Origin: Antedon mediterranea
Lineage: Eukaryota; Animalia; Echinodermata
Direction of reading: 5' to 3'
Length of the DNA stretch: 64,000 bases
Assembly: GCF_964355755.1 (NCBI RefSeq)
Contig: NC_092679.1
Coordinates: forward strand, 6,168,201-6,232,200
The translations under genes and the position numbers were made by a program. Under the pieces are notes generated by a model that saw nothing but the letters and a program-made list of their open reading frames with translations, was not told the origin of the DNA and searched no databases. Position 1 is the stretch's first letter; each line of letters begins with the position of its first letter. Below, piece by piece: positions 1 to 12,200 of this stretch.

Positions 1-692
1 GTAGTATTATCATAAGATGCATTGTTTCTCTATCGAAATATAGAAGCCAGACTAAATTCACTCAATTTCTTAAATAAAAATATTTATATACATTTTTTAT
101 TAAAGAAAAATACAACAAACAAAATATTCAAAATATATGTTTTGGTAAATTGTTTTTTTTTTTAGTAATAGTAGTAGGCCAAGTGCAGTACATTTTAATC
201 AGTGGTGTAATGACTGAGAGCGCTTACTGGCTAAACCCAAGGGCACAGAGCATGATCAAGTACCCAGCATTGTATGGCCCGTAGAGTGCTAAACCAGGGG
301 CGTTGCACTCTGCATTACGTAACTGATTTTAATGCTCATGTTACTGTAGACTGGCTCAACTGGCAGCCTTTATAAAGTCTACTAAACCATTTTCAAGATA
401 CAGATTTGGTTATGATTATATTCATTTACATACAGTTGTTGTATAGACTATTATAGTATTAGTACTGTGCATCAGCATAGAATCCTATTCCTAAATTGGA
501 AATGCATGAATCAGGCCAAAATTATAAAAAGCTATTTTTGGACTCTTAAAAAAAACCTGAAAAAATAGTTGGTTTAAACTTTGTTTATTAATGTCATAAT
601 AGTTTCACTTCACCAAAAAACTGTAAATTAAAGTGAAATAGTGAAATTGTCAGTTAGAAAATGGGTTGTCATAGTAGTATTGTTTGGTCTTT

Positions 693-2300
693 TTGGTTAT
701 CCGCAACGAAGTTGCAGGATAACCTCTTGTGATTGTACGAAATCATCAACATCTTTTTCTTAATCTTCTTTCTTTCTGTATGATTTTTGTGTAACGCTTT
801 TCTCTAAAACTTGCAAACATAACATTTTGTTAACTATGTTAACATTTTGACATTTATGTAACGTCGTCAAGCGAAGCTTTTCATGATGTTTACAATTGCG
901 CAACGTGACGTACGCGCGATTTAACGATTTTCTCGTATTTAACATATGTCGAAAACCAAATAACATTTTAAAGTGAAACTTTGCAAAAGTTTAATTTATA
1001 TCATGCGCTAACTTTCTGTTGAAAAAAAATTGCGTGTTTTACACAAAGTTACGCGCGCACGCGCATTTAAAATTTCAAAATGCGCAAAATTAATTTATAA
1101 TCAACTTTCTACGCGTTTCATGTCGTTTTAAGCATGTCAAAAATTCCCACGTGTGCGCACATTTTTACGTGTGCGGTGCGCACGTAGCATTGAAAACGTA
1201 TTTTTTTCGCGTGATTTATGTTTTTCCAGCCTTTTCTAGTAATTTTACCAAATTTTAAACAATTTCGACTTAAAGATACGTCATACGAGCACGTCGAATT
1301 GGACAATTTGCGCGCGTTTTTTATGAAAAGGTTAAAAAATTCGTTTAAAATATGCCTTTTTTTAAACAGTTGTAATTTCTAAACTAGACGGTCAACTTTT
1401 TGTGGATGACATATTCTGGAAGTAGATGAGTTGTAGGTATCGGATCAGGTATTAATATGGCTAACCGGACATTGTGACGTCATCGTATGGCCACGCGAAT
1501 ATAAAATTTAGGATTTTTGTATCTTTCGTCATAGCTCATCACATTGAATAGAGCGCATCTCCACTTATTCGTTTTCCATTTTCACCCCGATTTTGATATT
1601 GTCTAGGTCAATCAACTATCTTTCGCATGAGTTAAAAATATTTTAATTTTTTTGACGTCATCATGCCTAAATATTTAAATCACGTGTGGCATCAATTTCA
1701 TCTTTACAGTAAATTTTAATCTGTTATAGCTCGTAAGAATAAAATGTGATAATCACGATTAAAACTTTTTCTGGAAGCTTTTGGATTGTAGATACGAAAT
1801 TATGTAAAAATGTTGCCCATCGGATGTTGTGACGTCATCATATGGCCAGTTAAATAAAAAAGGTCGTATTTTCATCTTTTGCGTCATAATTCATTACATT
1901 TAAAAAAGCGCGCATCAATATTTCACGTATTCAAATTTCTTCTACACGCTAATACGTTGTTGCTGAGATAATTTCCTTTCGGAATTGCTACCTTCGCGTT
2001 TCATTTTAAAACCGTCAACATGTTAAAAATTGCAATAAAAAGCGGGTCCCGTAATTTCACCTATTCTACACTGTATGTCACTGAGCTGTATGTGATATGG
2101 ATACAGATTATACTGTGTATACTATATATGAATTTAAATAATAAAATTCAGCAATAACAACATATCATATTCTTCAGTTCAGGTCATAATGCCAACGTGA
2201 ACACTTCCTTTTGTCCTCAACCTATCTCCTTAATGTTAATGTTGCACCACTTGCGCGGCGGATAACCAAACTCGTCAAAGTGACGAGTTACATGTCTAGT
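693..2300 (+). mobile_element. Non-autonomous Helentron/HINE-like element
   Basis: Subterminal inverted repeats TTGGTTATCCGC (693-704) and GCGGATAACCAA (2258-2269). 5' stem-loop GGTTATCC...GGATAACC. 3' hairpin ACTCGTCA-aag-TGACGAGT (2270-2288) followed by CTAGT. Interior is CpG-richer than the flanks and non-coding. Confidence 0.65.
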
Positions 2301-3309
2301 TGAAATTGAAATCATTATTTTTTCTTCTTTTTTGACTACAACAGTTGAGTGAGTAACTTAAGATTTTATGTTGAAGTATTGATTTCTATTTCCAGACCAA
2401 ATTCTGATACATGATCTTATATGTGTTAGCTATTTTTATGAAATGCTATTTTATTGGGTTAGTACAGTAGTATTAAAAGTACCTATCCTGTATTGTGTTT
2501 CAACTACTACAATGTTTACATCCCATTCATTTAATACCCATGTTTTGACCTTGATTTATTCTACATACAAGTGCCTTTAGTGAAAGACTGAGCTTATTTC
2601 CTGTGTATCCTAGTAGTAGAGTCCTGTTAATGGAAAATTCTACCTTGTGTATGGTGAGCTATTGAAATGGGTAGCTGATTCTTTGGGTTTATCCATGCAA
2701 TATGTCATACATTGTATTTGTATGCATGTGAAATTGTATTTTACACTAACCACCCAACCTTAATAATAATTTCAATGTTACACATTTGACAGAATTTAGT
2801 TCTACTAAACAAAATTAATATACAACAGTAACAATATTATAAGGAACGATTGAATAAGGAGAAATGCGTGGAGGCTATACAATAAATTTATATACTTGAC
2901 CAGGTGCCCCTACCCACCACTTCTCTCATGCGAAAATGCATTCATGCTTGGTTGCATTATCAGTAGTCAGTTCTGTTGTAGATACCAACAAGTAAGAAAT
3001 CTGATGGCTATCGCTCAAGATTCTTACTGGTCAGTTTTAAGAAATATCCTTGAATAGTAATTACCTTCTTGACCATCTATGAGGTCATCTTATTTTAAGC
3101 GCCATTCTACGAATTGATACACTTGAGTTGTTCTAATTGAGTAAGCCGATGTAATGTACATTTTAAATCGGTCAGCTCTAGGATTAGTCAATATAACAAA
3201 ACATCTTTATCTTTTGTACAATGTTGTTAACCATTTCAATACAACCCTTTTGTTGATCGATTAAAACAAATGTTGAATAAATTAAATAAAACACTATATA
3301 TAACACATA

Positions 3310-4008
3310 GGGCCTGTTCGTAGGGGTTGAAAATACCAGCTTATTCCCGATTTCCGTTCGCGTAACCCAATTAACTTTTGCCTCAGGCTACACAAAATTC
3401 GAGGCAAAATGTTCACCAAATTTGCAGGTTATTTCTGCGATAATCCAATTATACTCGGCCTTCGAGGATAATAAATCTCCGATAGAGGCAATGTGTCAAA
3501 TTTTGACAAACTTTCGCTGCCTAGGCCCGTCATTTCTCCTACGAAGCTCTTCCATACACGCTTCGAGAGCGATCGTCAGCTGGTGCTGTCCTTGTTGGTG
3601 TAGACCGCTTAGTAGCCCTAGCTAGTCGGTGGTGTTTCGTGTAACATTGGGCTTAAATTCTTCGTCAAGGAGTAAAATAATGGTCGTCAGGAGAAGGCAT
3701 ATTTCGGCAGGATTATCGGCGTTAAGAGGCATAAGGTTTGTCGCAAGGATAAGCAGTGTAAAAGGTAGCAAGTAATTGTTATTGTAAAGAAAGATCGCGA
3801 GTAAAAAATATACAACACGAAACTAGCGTGCGAAAATGGGGTCGTAGGTTGTAAAGACAACTGACCTTAAAATGTAATTTCCGGTTTGTGATTCGTCGAT
3901 TAAGCATTTATAAGCGGTTAAATATTTCAAGTACGAACAACGCTCAATTTATAACCCGAGGCATGGGTGAAATTAAGCGCTTATTTTAACCACCGTACGA
4001 ACACGACC
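3310..4008. mobile_element. MITE with imperfect TIRs (PIF/Harbinger-like)
   Basis: Left end GGGCCTGTTCGTAGGGGGTTGAAAATA is an imperfect inverse of right end TATTTTAACCACCGTACGAACACGACC. Composition differs from the flanks. Confidence 0.5.
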
Positions 4009-4441
4009 TTGGTCTATGAGTATTGTTTACCTGGATAAACTGACAACAGCTAGTCTCTCTTTTCTGAAGAGAGAATACAATTGAGTACTCCCTTTAAGTA
4101 ATCGTGTAGTCTGCAAACCGCACCCTCTTGTGGGAACCATCTCATCTTTTCTTTCAGTAAAATGTCTGCTATCAGATCAGTGGAAACATATTTAAACTTT
4201 ATGCACTTGCTTAAATTGTAGTTATTGAAGTAACTACATTTTTCACTTCAATAGCTGTGTGATTTTAGATAGAAATTGATGAGGCAGTCAGTGCAACAAA
4301 CAGACTAGAGTTTGTATGATTACCCTGAACACCACTCTCCCTCCCCCCACCCTCCCCTCCCCCCTAAAAAAAACCAAACTTGCTAATATATTATATAATA
4401 AATAAATAAAATAAAAAGTAGCAAAAAAAGTAGACACCTTT

Positions 4442-4704
4442 GGGCTGGCCTACTATGTAGGTAGGTAATAGGGCTGGCCTACTATGTAGGTAGGTAATAG
4501 GGCTGGCCTACTATGTAGGTAGGTAATAGGGCTGGCCTACTATGTAGGTAGGTAATAGGGCTGGCCTACTATGTAGGTAGGTAATAGGGCTGGCCTACTA
4601 TGTAGGTAGGTAATAGGGCTGGCCTACTATGTAGGTAGGTAATAGGGCTGGCCTACTATGTAGGTAGGTAATAGGGCTGGCCTACTATGTAGGTAGGTAA
4701 TAGG
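4442..4704. repeat. Perfect 29-bp minisatellite, 9 copies
   Basis: Unit GGGCTGGCCTACTATGTAGGTAGGTAATA repeated head-to-tail with no spacers. Confidence 0.97.
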
Positions 4705-5619
4705 TTTTCCTGAAAGTCTGGTATTAGGAATGTGTTTCTAAATAGTATAAAAATGTAGGACCTTTTGGACCTCAAGTCTCCAGTTTTTAGAGAGTCCAGT
4801 ATTGATTTCAGGGGTTGGCTCTATACTTTTTTATGGATTATCAAAAGAAATAAAAAATATTATTACTCATTTTTTTACTTAACATTTTTTCAGTAGTCTC
4901 CATAATTTTGTTTAACCCTGTGTGTGTCTTAACGGAAGTCTAAGCTTTTGCTTAGGTCACGCTTTAATTTATGTTTAGTATTTAAATTAATCTTCATAAT
5001 TTGTATATTGTCCTTGAGTCTATCATGTTTATGAATCAATATTTAATGTTTAGTAATCCTTCTGAACGCTGATACTTACTTTCATGAATAGTTTATTAGG
5101 TAGTCTTCAATGTGACTGAGATCATGGCAAGAATAATAAAAAGATATAGCTACAATTTATTATTTCTTTATGTTATGGTTTATTACCGTATATGATGTGT
5201 ATATAGTTCCAAGGGGCTTGTTGACAATGACATGGTATTTGGCAAAAAGAAGGGGTGGGATTACATTGAATTATAATTAATGAATTTGCCAATGTTGTGT
5301 CTACTGGAAATGTAGCAGGTACTGTAGGATTATATTTGAGCTTTAGATTATATAATAATATATAACTATTATTAATATATAATACTCCTATTCAATTATT
5401 TAACATAGGTGAAACTAATGTCTACTGTACCATTCAATTTGAATCCTCTATAACAGTTAACTGTAATGTTGAGGGTTTTTGTTGAGTGAACAGGATTTGA
5501 ACCCTAGAATTGATTGATAAGTTATTATAGACTCAACTATTATTATTGTTATTATTTTTTTTGTTTATTCGATGTTTGATTTATTGACTCATTTACTTTA
5601 TCTGTTTACTTAGTTTTAA

Positions 5620-5941
5620 AGATGTATTGTCCCCCAAAAACATGAAAAATAAAGATTAATCAAAGCTGACTTTCAATAGATTATTTTGTCATTTTAATAA
5701 AGTTAATCACTTCCATAGAAAAAAAAGCGAAAAAATATTTACTTATAAAATAACAAAATAAAATTCCATTGGCTGGCAGCCAATTTGACTATTTTTTGCT
5801 TTAAATTAGTGTTTTTTCAGATAAATACATTTTATTTTGATCTAAGTTTTGGTCAAAGTGGATAACTATTATGTGATATTAAAATGGCAAATTCAACAGA
5901 AATTGTTTTAATAATTATTTTTTCAGGGGGACAATACATCT
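5620..5941. mobile_element. TTAA-site MITE (Kolobok-like), family A
   Basis: TIR AGATGTATTGTCCCC / GGGGACAATACATCT with TTAA on the left and TTAG on the right. Second copy at 28278-28591, partial inverted copy at about 49279-49445. Confidence 0.75.
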
Positions 5942-6221
5942 TTAGTTATATTGTTTTAGTTTGAAACGGGTCTTTATACATGACAAGAGTAATCTATTCT
6001 TCTGGTTATAGGTCCTCAATATGATTCTAGTTGCTTTGTTGTCTAATATGTAAACTTTTTCTGTATTCATGTCATATTGAAATAAAAACAACCGTCAACG
6101 GAATTTACTACATTGCAAAAAGCAAAAAAGTCTTTTGTGTTGTGCTGCAATTAATTTAATCTGTTTATTCTTATAAAGTATTAGATCTATCTAATATTTT
6201 TTTCTTTTTTTGTTTTCTAGT

Positions 6222-9200
6222 ATGGCACATGGACAACAAGCAATGGTCCATCCTGAACTGATGATATCCTCTACAAATAGCTACGTTATCTCCGACAGAA
6301 CCGTATCATCTGCAACCGCTTCACCGAGTATTCTTTGCGTCGTCTGTGGCGATCAGGCAGCTGGGAAATATTTTGGAGCACTAATTTGCGAAGCTTGCAA
6401 GGTGCGTCTCAGAAACCCAACTCCCATATCATTTTGAGTTGTTTAAGGAATGATTATGATAAATTGCATAAACAGCTCTAATGTAGTAACTGCTATAGAA
6501 TAAGTTTGATATGATCCCTTATCAAAGTTCGTTGGCATTTCTCGTAGTCATATTATTCCACAGACTTTAAAACTCACTGGTGCGAATCTAAATTTTTACA
6601 TTATTGTAGATTCTTCGTAGTCAATAGAAATACTGCACATCTTAAAATGCAGCCATAAATCCATTGTTTGTTATCCATTGTTTGTTTGATTTTCGAATTA
6701 TGTCTTCAACAAAAATTGCGTTTATATATACCTCCCTGGGATACCTGGTACAGTAATCACTCATTCTGCCAATATGGATTTAGCAGAGCTGACCAGGCAT
6801 TTGGCAGGGTACATGGGGACTGTGTGTACCTTTACTATAAACAACAAATTCTATGCAAACATGCTACTTTTGCACATAATTTAAAATTTGTATACAGTGA
6901 CGTTTTTGTGAACATCTAAATTCGAAAATTCGGTTTTCTGGCGCTAGCAGAATGTTCAGGGTGACGGTTTTGTTCACACAACCGAATGTATCAGACATTT
7001 CAAATTTGTTTTGCTCTTCCTATCTGGTTTTATAGGCCTAAAGCTCTGTCTGCACTATCAAATTAGTTTAGCAAAAAAGTGTGATGTGCCTTAATATGGT
7101 GGTGATATGCCCAATTATGCTAATAATATGACATCATCGTGTCCATATATGGGCACATCACATTTTTTTTTTCACATAAAGTTTGATATAGTAGACAGGA
7201 CTTTAAACATAATCACACATTTTTTCCGTGGTTTTTTGGCATTTTCAGTCTCAAAATATTCTTGGGTGAGACTGAAACCATGAATGAATCACATGATCAT
7301 GAATCACATGATCATGAATCACATGATCATGAGTCACATGATCATGAGTCACGGCATGATCATGAGTCACGGCATGATCATGAGTCATAGAACCTGATGG
7401 GTTCTGCCATCAATTCAACACTCACACACATTAATAATCTTGAATTTCTCATTTTGGCCATGAATTATAACTAGACACATGCCCTTACTTATTTTCTGTA
7501 ACTGAATGATAGTACTATAAATATTTACAAGATAATACACAATGAATAATAAAGTCATCACTTGTCTTTTCTATGTTATTATATTCCTACCCTCTAATAT
7601 ATATTGTTTTACCATATGTTAATCTAAATTCATGAAAAAATTCACTTGCATATTATTATAAGTGGATAAATTGTTTTAATTTTAGCTTTCTAATGATGAC
7701 AATGCTCCTTCTTTGTGATACCTAGTTGAACATTAAAGATACTGTACCTCCAAAACATGGAAAGCAAGAGTAATTTAGGTTACAACCTCTGCCAAGAGTT
7801 AAAAAGAGAAAAAGGATCAAGAATCGTGATAAAGATCCATCTTGTTGTAGTTGAACTATGGCCTAAAATTAGTAAAATAATAAAAAGTCGTCCTGATTTG
7901 GGATTCTGGTACGGATTTCCTCCAAAATTGAATGGAGTCTTCCATGACCACATATCTGTTGTTTAAAACACATACACACAGACATAAAAATATATCCTAC
8001 AGTAGGCAGAGGTAATAAAAACTTTGAATTGGCCATTTCTTTAGTTGAATAAAGTTATTCACAACACCATTCCTGTCATGTCTACCACTGTGAGATTATT
8101 TTATTTATTTGACTGTTTTTTTCCAGAGCTTTTTTATTCGTAGTACAAAGAAAGGAGAGCCACAATTCAAATGCTCAAACAATAGACTTTGTACAATAAC
8201 GCCGACATCCAGGCTTCTGTGCCAGTGTTGTCGCTACCAAAAATGTTTAGAAGTTGGAATGTGTCGGAAAGGTATTAACTATTAAAAAAAAATCAATAAA
8301 CATTACATAAAAATAATAAATGAATTTAAAAAAAATGATACTAAGAGAGGATGCAACAAAATAAAAGGTGCATCTACTATAATTTAACTTTTATTGTCAG
8401 AAATTGCTATGGAAAATAAGTGAATTTAGTTTATATTTTCACTTTGTTTTGCCATATATTTTTAGTGAAACAGAATTGCAAGGAACCAGCAAATGACCAG
8501 ATTCTGTGTAAAGTCTGTAATGACGTGTCGTCTGGTATTCATTTTGGCGTTTATACATGTGAAGGGTGTAAAGTAAGTAATCTTTAGGGCCAAGTCGTCT
8601 CGTCGGTAGAAAATTAAACATGTATAATGAACTCAGTCTCAAGACGAATCTTGTCGGGATTCAACTCAGACAGCACTAACGTTTTGTCGGGCCTCGTCAT
8701 ACGATGCTGTCTGAGTTGGCCTTTAGGTAGATAAGTCTGTAACGATAGCGTTGATATAAGAATGAAGGTATTAAATGATGTAGTGGTGGTAATAATGATG
8801 ATAATTCAATTCAATGGTCTCTGAGCACCTTTTTTCCTTGCAGAAGTGTCTTTTCTAGAGATGTGCCATCTCTTCTATCAATATGTGATAGATATTTATG
8901 GTATAATGCTTAAGCTGCCACCAATCGGTGGAATAACAATATAAACAGAGAATAACTAGAAACTTGGAGAAAGTCTAATGCTAATCACACACGATTGAGT
9001 TCTGTATGGACAGAGCACTTAATGCCAGTTTCCTTGCAATCATAATAATAATGATTATTTTATTTGATGGTTAATAAAATCTTTTTTTCTGTAAATATCC
9101 TTTTAGGGTTTTTATCGAAGAAGTTTACGAGACAGCAGTAATTACACATGTGTCGACAACAAACAATGTAGCATAACGCCCACGACGAGAAATGTTTGCC

Positions 9201-12200
9201 GTTATTGTCGGTTTCAAAAGTGTCTGGAAGTTGGCATGTCACGCTCAGGTAAACCTTACGACATCCGTAGTGCTACTGTAGAACCGCTTTTTAAGCCTGG
9301 TTCCCACTAGGATGCAACGCAAGGATGTAAACGCAACGCAAGCGTGTTGACCAATGACAAGCAACAGTTTGAATAATCCATCGCTTGTGATTGGTCAACT
9401 TACTTACGTTGCGTTACGTCTTTGTGTCGTATCTCTAGTGGGAACCAAGCATAAGGGAACATCTTGTTTTATAATCTGAATTCAATAAAGTGTCCACTTA
9501 ACAGGGACTTTTCATCAATACTTCTAAGAATGCTAGATGATCAAACCCAGTACTGTTTGCTTTTACATTTGGGGAATTACCTCGCATGGAAATATCTTCA
9601 ATTTCTTTCAATGTATTTCCACAATATTATAACATACATACACAATGACATAATGTTTAATAAGTTTAATAAATAAAATTTCATATAAATACAATGAAAA
9701 TAGTTGGTGGAAAGTCTTTCAGTTCGACCCACCCAAGATATACATTTAAATAAAAAAAAAAAAAAAAAAAAGATAACATAAATCAATAATACATAAAAGA
9801 AAACAAAGCTACAATTTCTATTTAAACAACTTTATCCTATCTTAACTGGTCTTATGAAATATATGAAATTTATCATTCGTCGTATCTAGAAAGTAAATAG
9901 TTCTTTTATACTAATTCTAATATTAAGTTTTAATATCTTCATGGATTGAATTCCATAATTTAGCTCCTTGGTATTTAATAAAGTTCTTGATCAAATTATT
10001 TGTATATTTAGGTAAAAGATAATCATTTGAATTGCGTGTATTTTCACTATTTAGTTGAGTATCTTGTTAGGCATTCTCCCATATAATAATGGACTTTCGA
10101 TTTTCTACGACTGAACCATGTCATTTTAGTTCATTTTGCGCATGCAGGAATAGGGGGATGTGTATCCTCAATCCTCACCTCAACATAGGTTTGATGGTTT
10201 TTAGGTGCAGGTGACGACCTATGACATGTCAATTGACCTGACCTAGGTTGTCATCAGTCCTTGCTTGTCGCAAATCAAAATGTTTACTATCATGTTCACC
10301 ATGTTTGTAAGAAACTTAGTCAGAACCAGGATTTATTTGTGTCATGTTAAATGCTATTTATAGATAAAATGTTAGTAAAGATTACTCAAGTAAGGATCAA
10401 AATTCTTGTTTACTTCTGTCCCTGGTTTAGATAAAAATAGATTCTATTAATAAATGGTTACAGATACTAATATTACAAATGAAAATTAATCGGTTTAAAA
10501 ATTGTGGTATCTTTTTCCCAAGGTAGTAATATCTGTTTCCAGAAATAGAAAACGTAATCTAAAGAAGTTATCTTTTTCCGTTGAACCTAGATAAAGAAAC
10601 TGTAGAGCACTTTATTTTTGTGACCCCCTTATTTTGTGACATTTTTGTTTTATTTTTCATAATTTTGATTATTTGATTTGTAGCATCCAGAATTGTTTAA
10701 ATGGTGGCGTGCTAACATATAGTATAGATATCAAAAACATTAAGCCTTGTCATATCACTACCATATTTGGGCATATCACTACCATATTTGGACACATCAC
10801 TATCATATTTGGACACATCACTATCATATTTGGACAGATCACACTTTTTTGTCAAACTAGTTTGACAGAGCTTTAGAACCCCTATAAAATGGACACTTCA
10901 GAACCTAACAAAGTGTTCCTTTTATGAGAGGTTTTCCCCAATAGTTGTTGGCTGCAGTGTTAAAACATATATTTCTTCCTGTTCATTCCACATGTCGCCT
11001 TGATAGGGTTTCCCCCAGAGTAGCGGTGCCCCAAAGAAGGGGCGTTACTGTCAAAAGAGGAGGCACAACAACTCTAGCTGGATCCACCCCTGTAATGTAT
11101 TAAATCATACAGATTATTGTCCAGATAATGATTTCTAGGTAAAAATCCTTCAGTCAGTGGTCAATTGATCCTTTAGCTATACATGTCATTGACCAAGCTT
11201 TTCAGTAATTTGTTAAGCTTACTATATATTTATATTAACCTTGTGACCTATTTCTATACCACACCAACTATGAATCGTAGAAAAAGTTAGCTACATTGGT
11301 TACAATATTATTTAACTGCATCTAGTTGAATAATTTACATAACTGCATCTAGTTCTGAAAAGAAATGTTAAGTTTCTTGATGAGGTCAATATGGTTGTTT
11401 TGTGAACATAAAAAAACCAATAAACAATGGATTTATTTTATTCTTTTTTAGGTATCAAATTAGGCCGGCACCAGAAATATGACACCAATTTGTATACTGG
11501 GAGCCGGGACCTTCAGCCAGGTGTAGTTAGCAACGTCTCTGTAATTAAAAAAGGTAGGACGATTCCAGTACCAAGACTGGAAAGTTACTCCCAAGAAGAT
11601 GCCGATGATCTGGAGATATACCTTGGAGACACATTCCTTGTGGATTTGCCAGGTTTCGGCAATTATTATGGAGAATATACATCACAACCGTACAGTATCT
11701 ATGACAATGATCTTTCGGTTTTCAACACCTTGTCTGATCCCATCCCCTTACACCATCAGGATATGTATAACAGGAATTATCCTAGTAAAAGGTGTGGTGG
11801 TACACAAATGGCACCCATTTTAGGTGGATTGAACAGTGGGGATTTTCATAATCAAGTAATGCCGTGTCAAAGTTCACAAAGCTATTTGGGTGAGTTAGCC
11901 AGCCACACACAAAACCGTGCTAATGGGTACATTAGCTTAGAAAACAGTCCATCGACAATGCGTAAAACTCTAAACCATCGAGCAGTGCATAGTAGCACGC
12001 CACCGCCATCATTGCAGAATTCACACCAGAATTCAACAATACCTTATTCTTCGCAACCAGAACAAGTGAGCCTTACAACGTCTACAGCATATTACGATCC
12101 ATTTGATCCTGCTTATCTTATTTGTGAGAAGCGAGTTAAAGAAAACTCAGGAGATAACCAGGTAGTACCAAGTGGATGTGAAAATGAACTTAGAAAAGGA

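Noticed and set aside
166-318. Possible upstream coding exon of the nuclear receptor (AG at 164-165, GT at 319)
   Set aside because: All three frames contain stop codons. At most a UTR exon, and unsupported.
4442-4704. CRISPR-like 29-bp repeats with an internal hairpin
   Set aside because: No spacers, no cas genes, eukaryotic context. It is a minisatellite.
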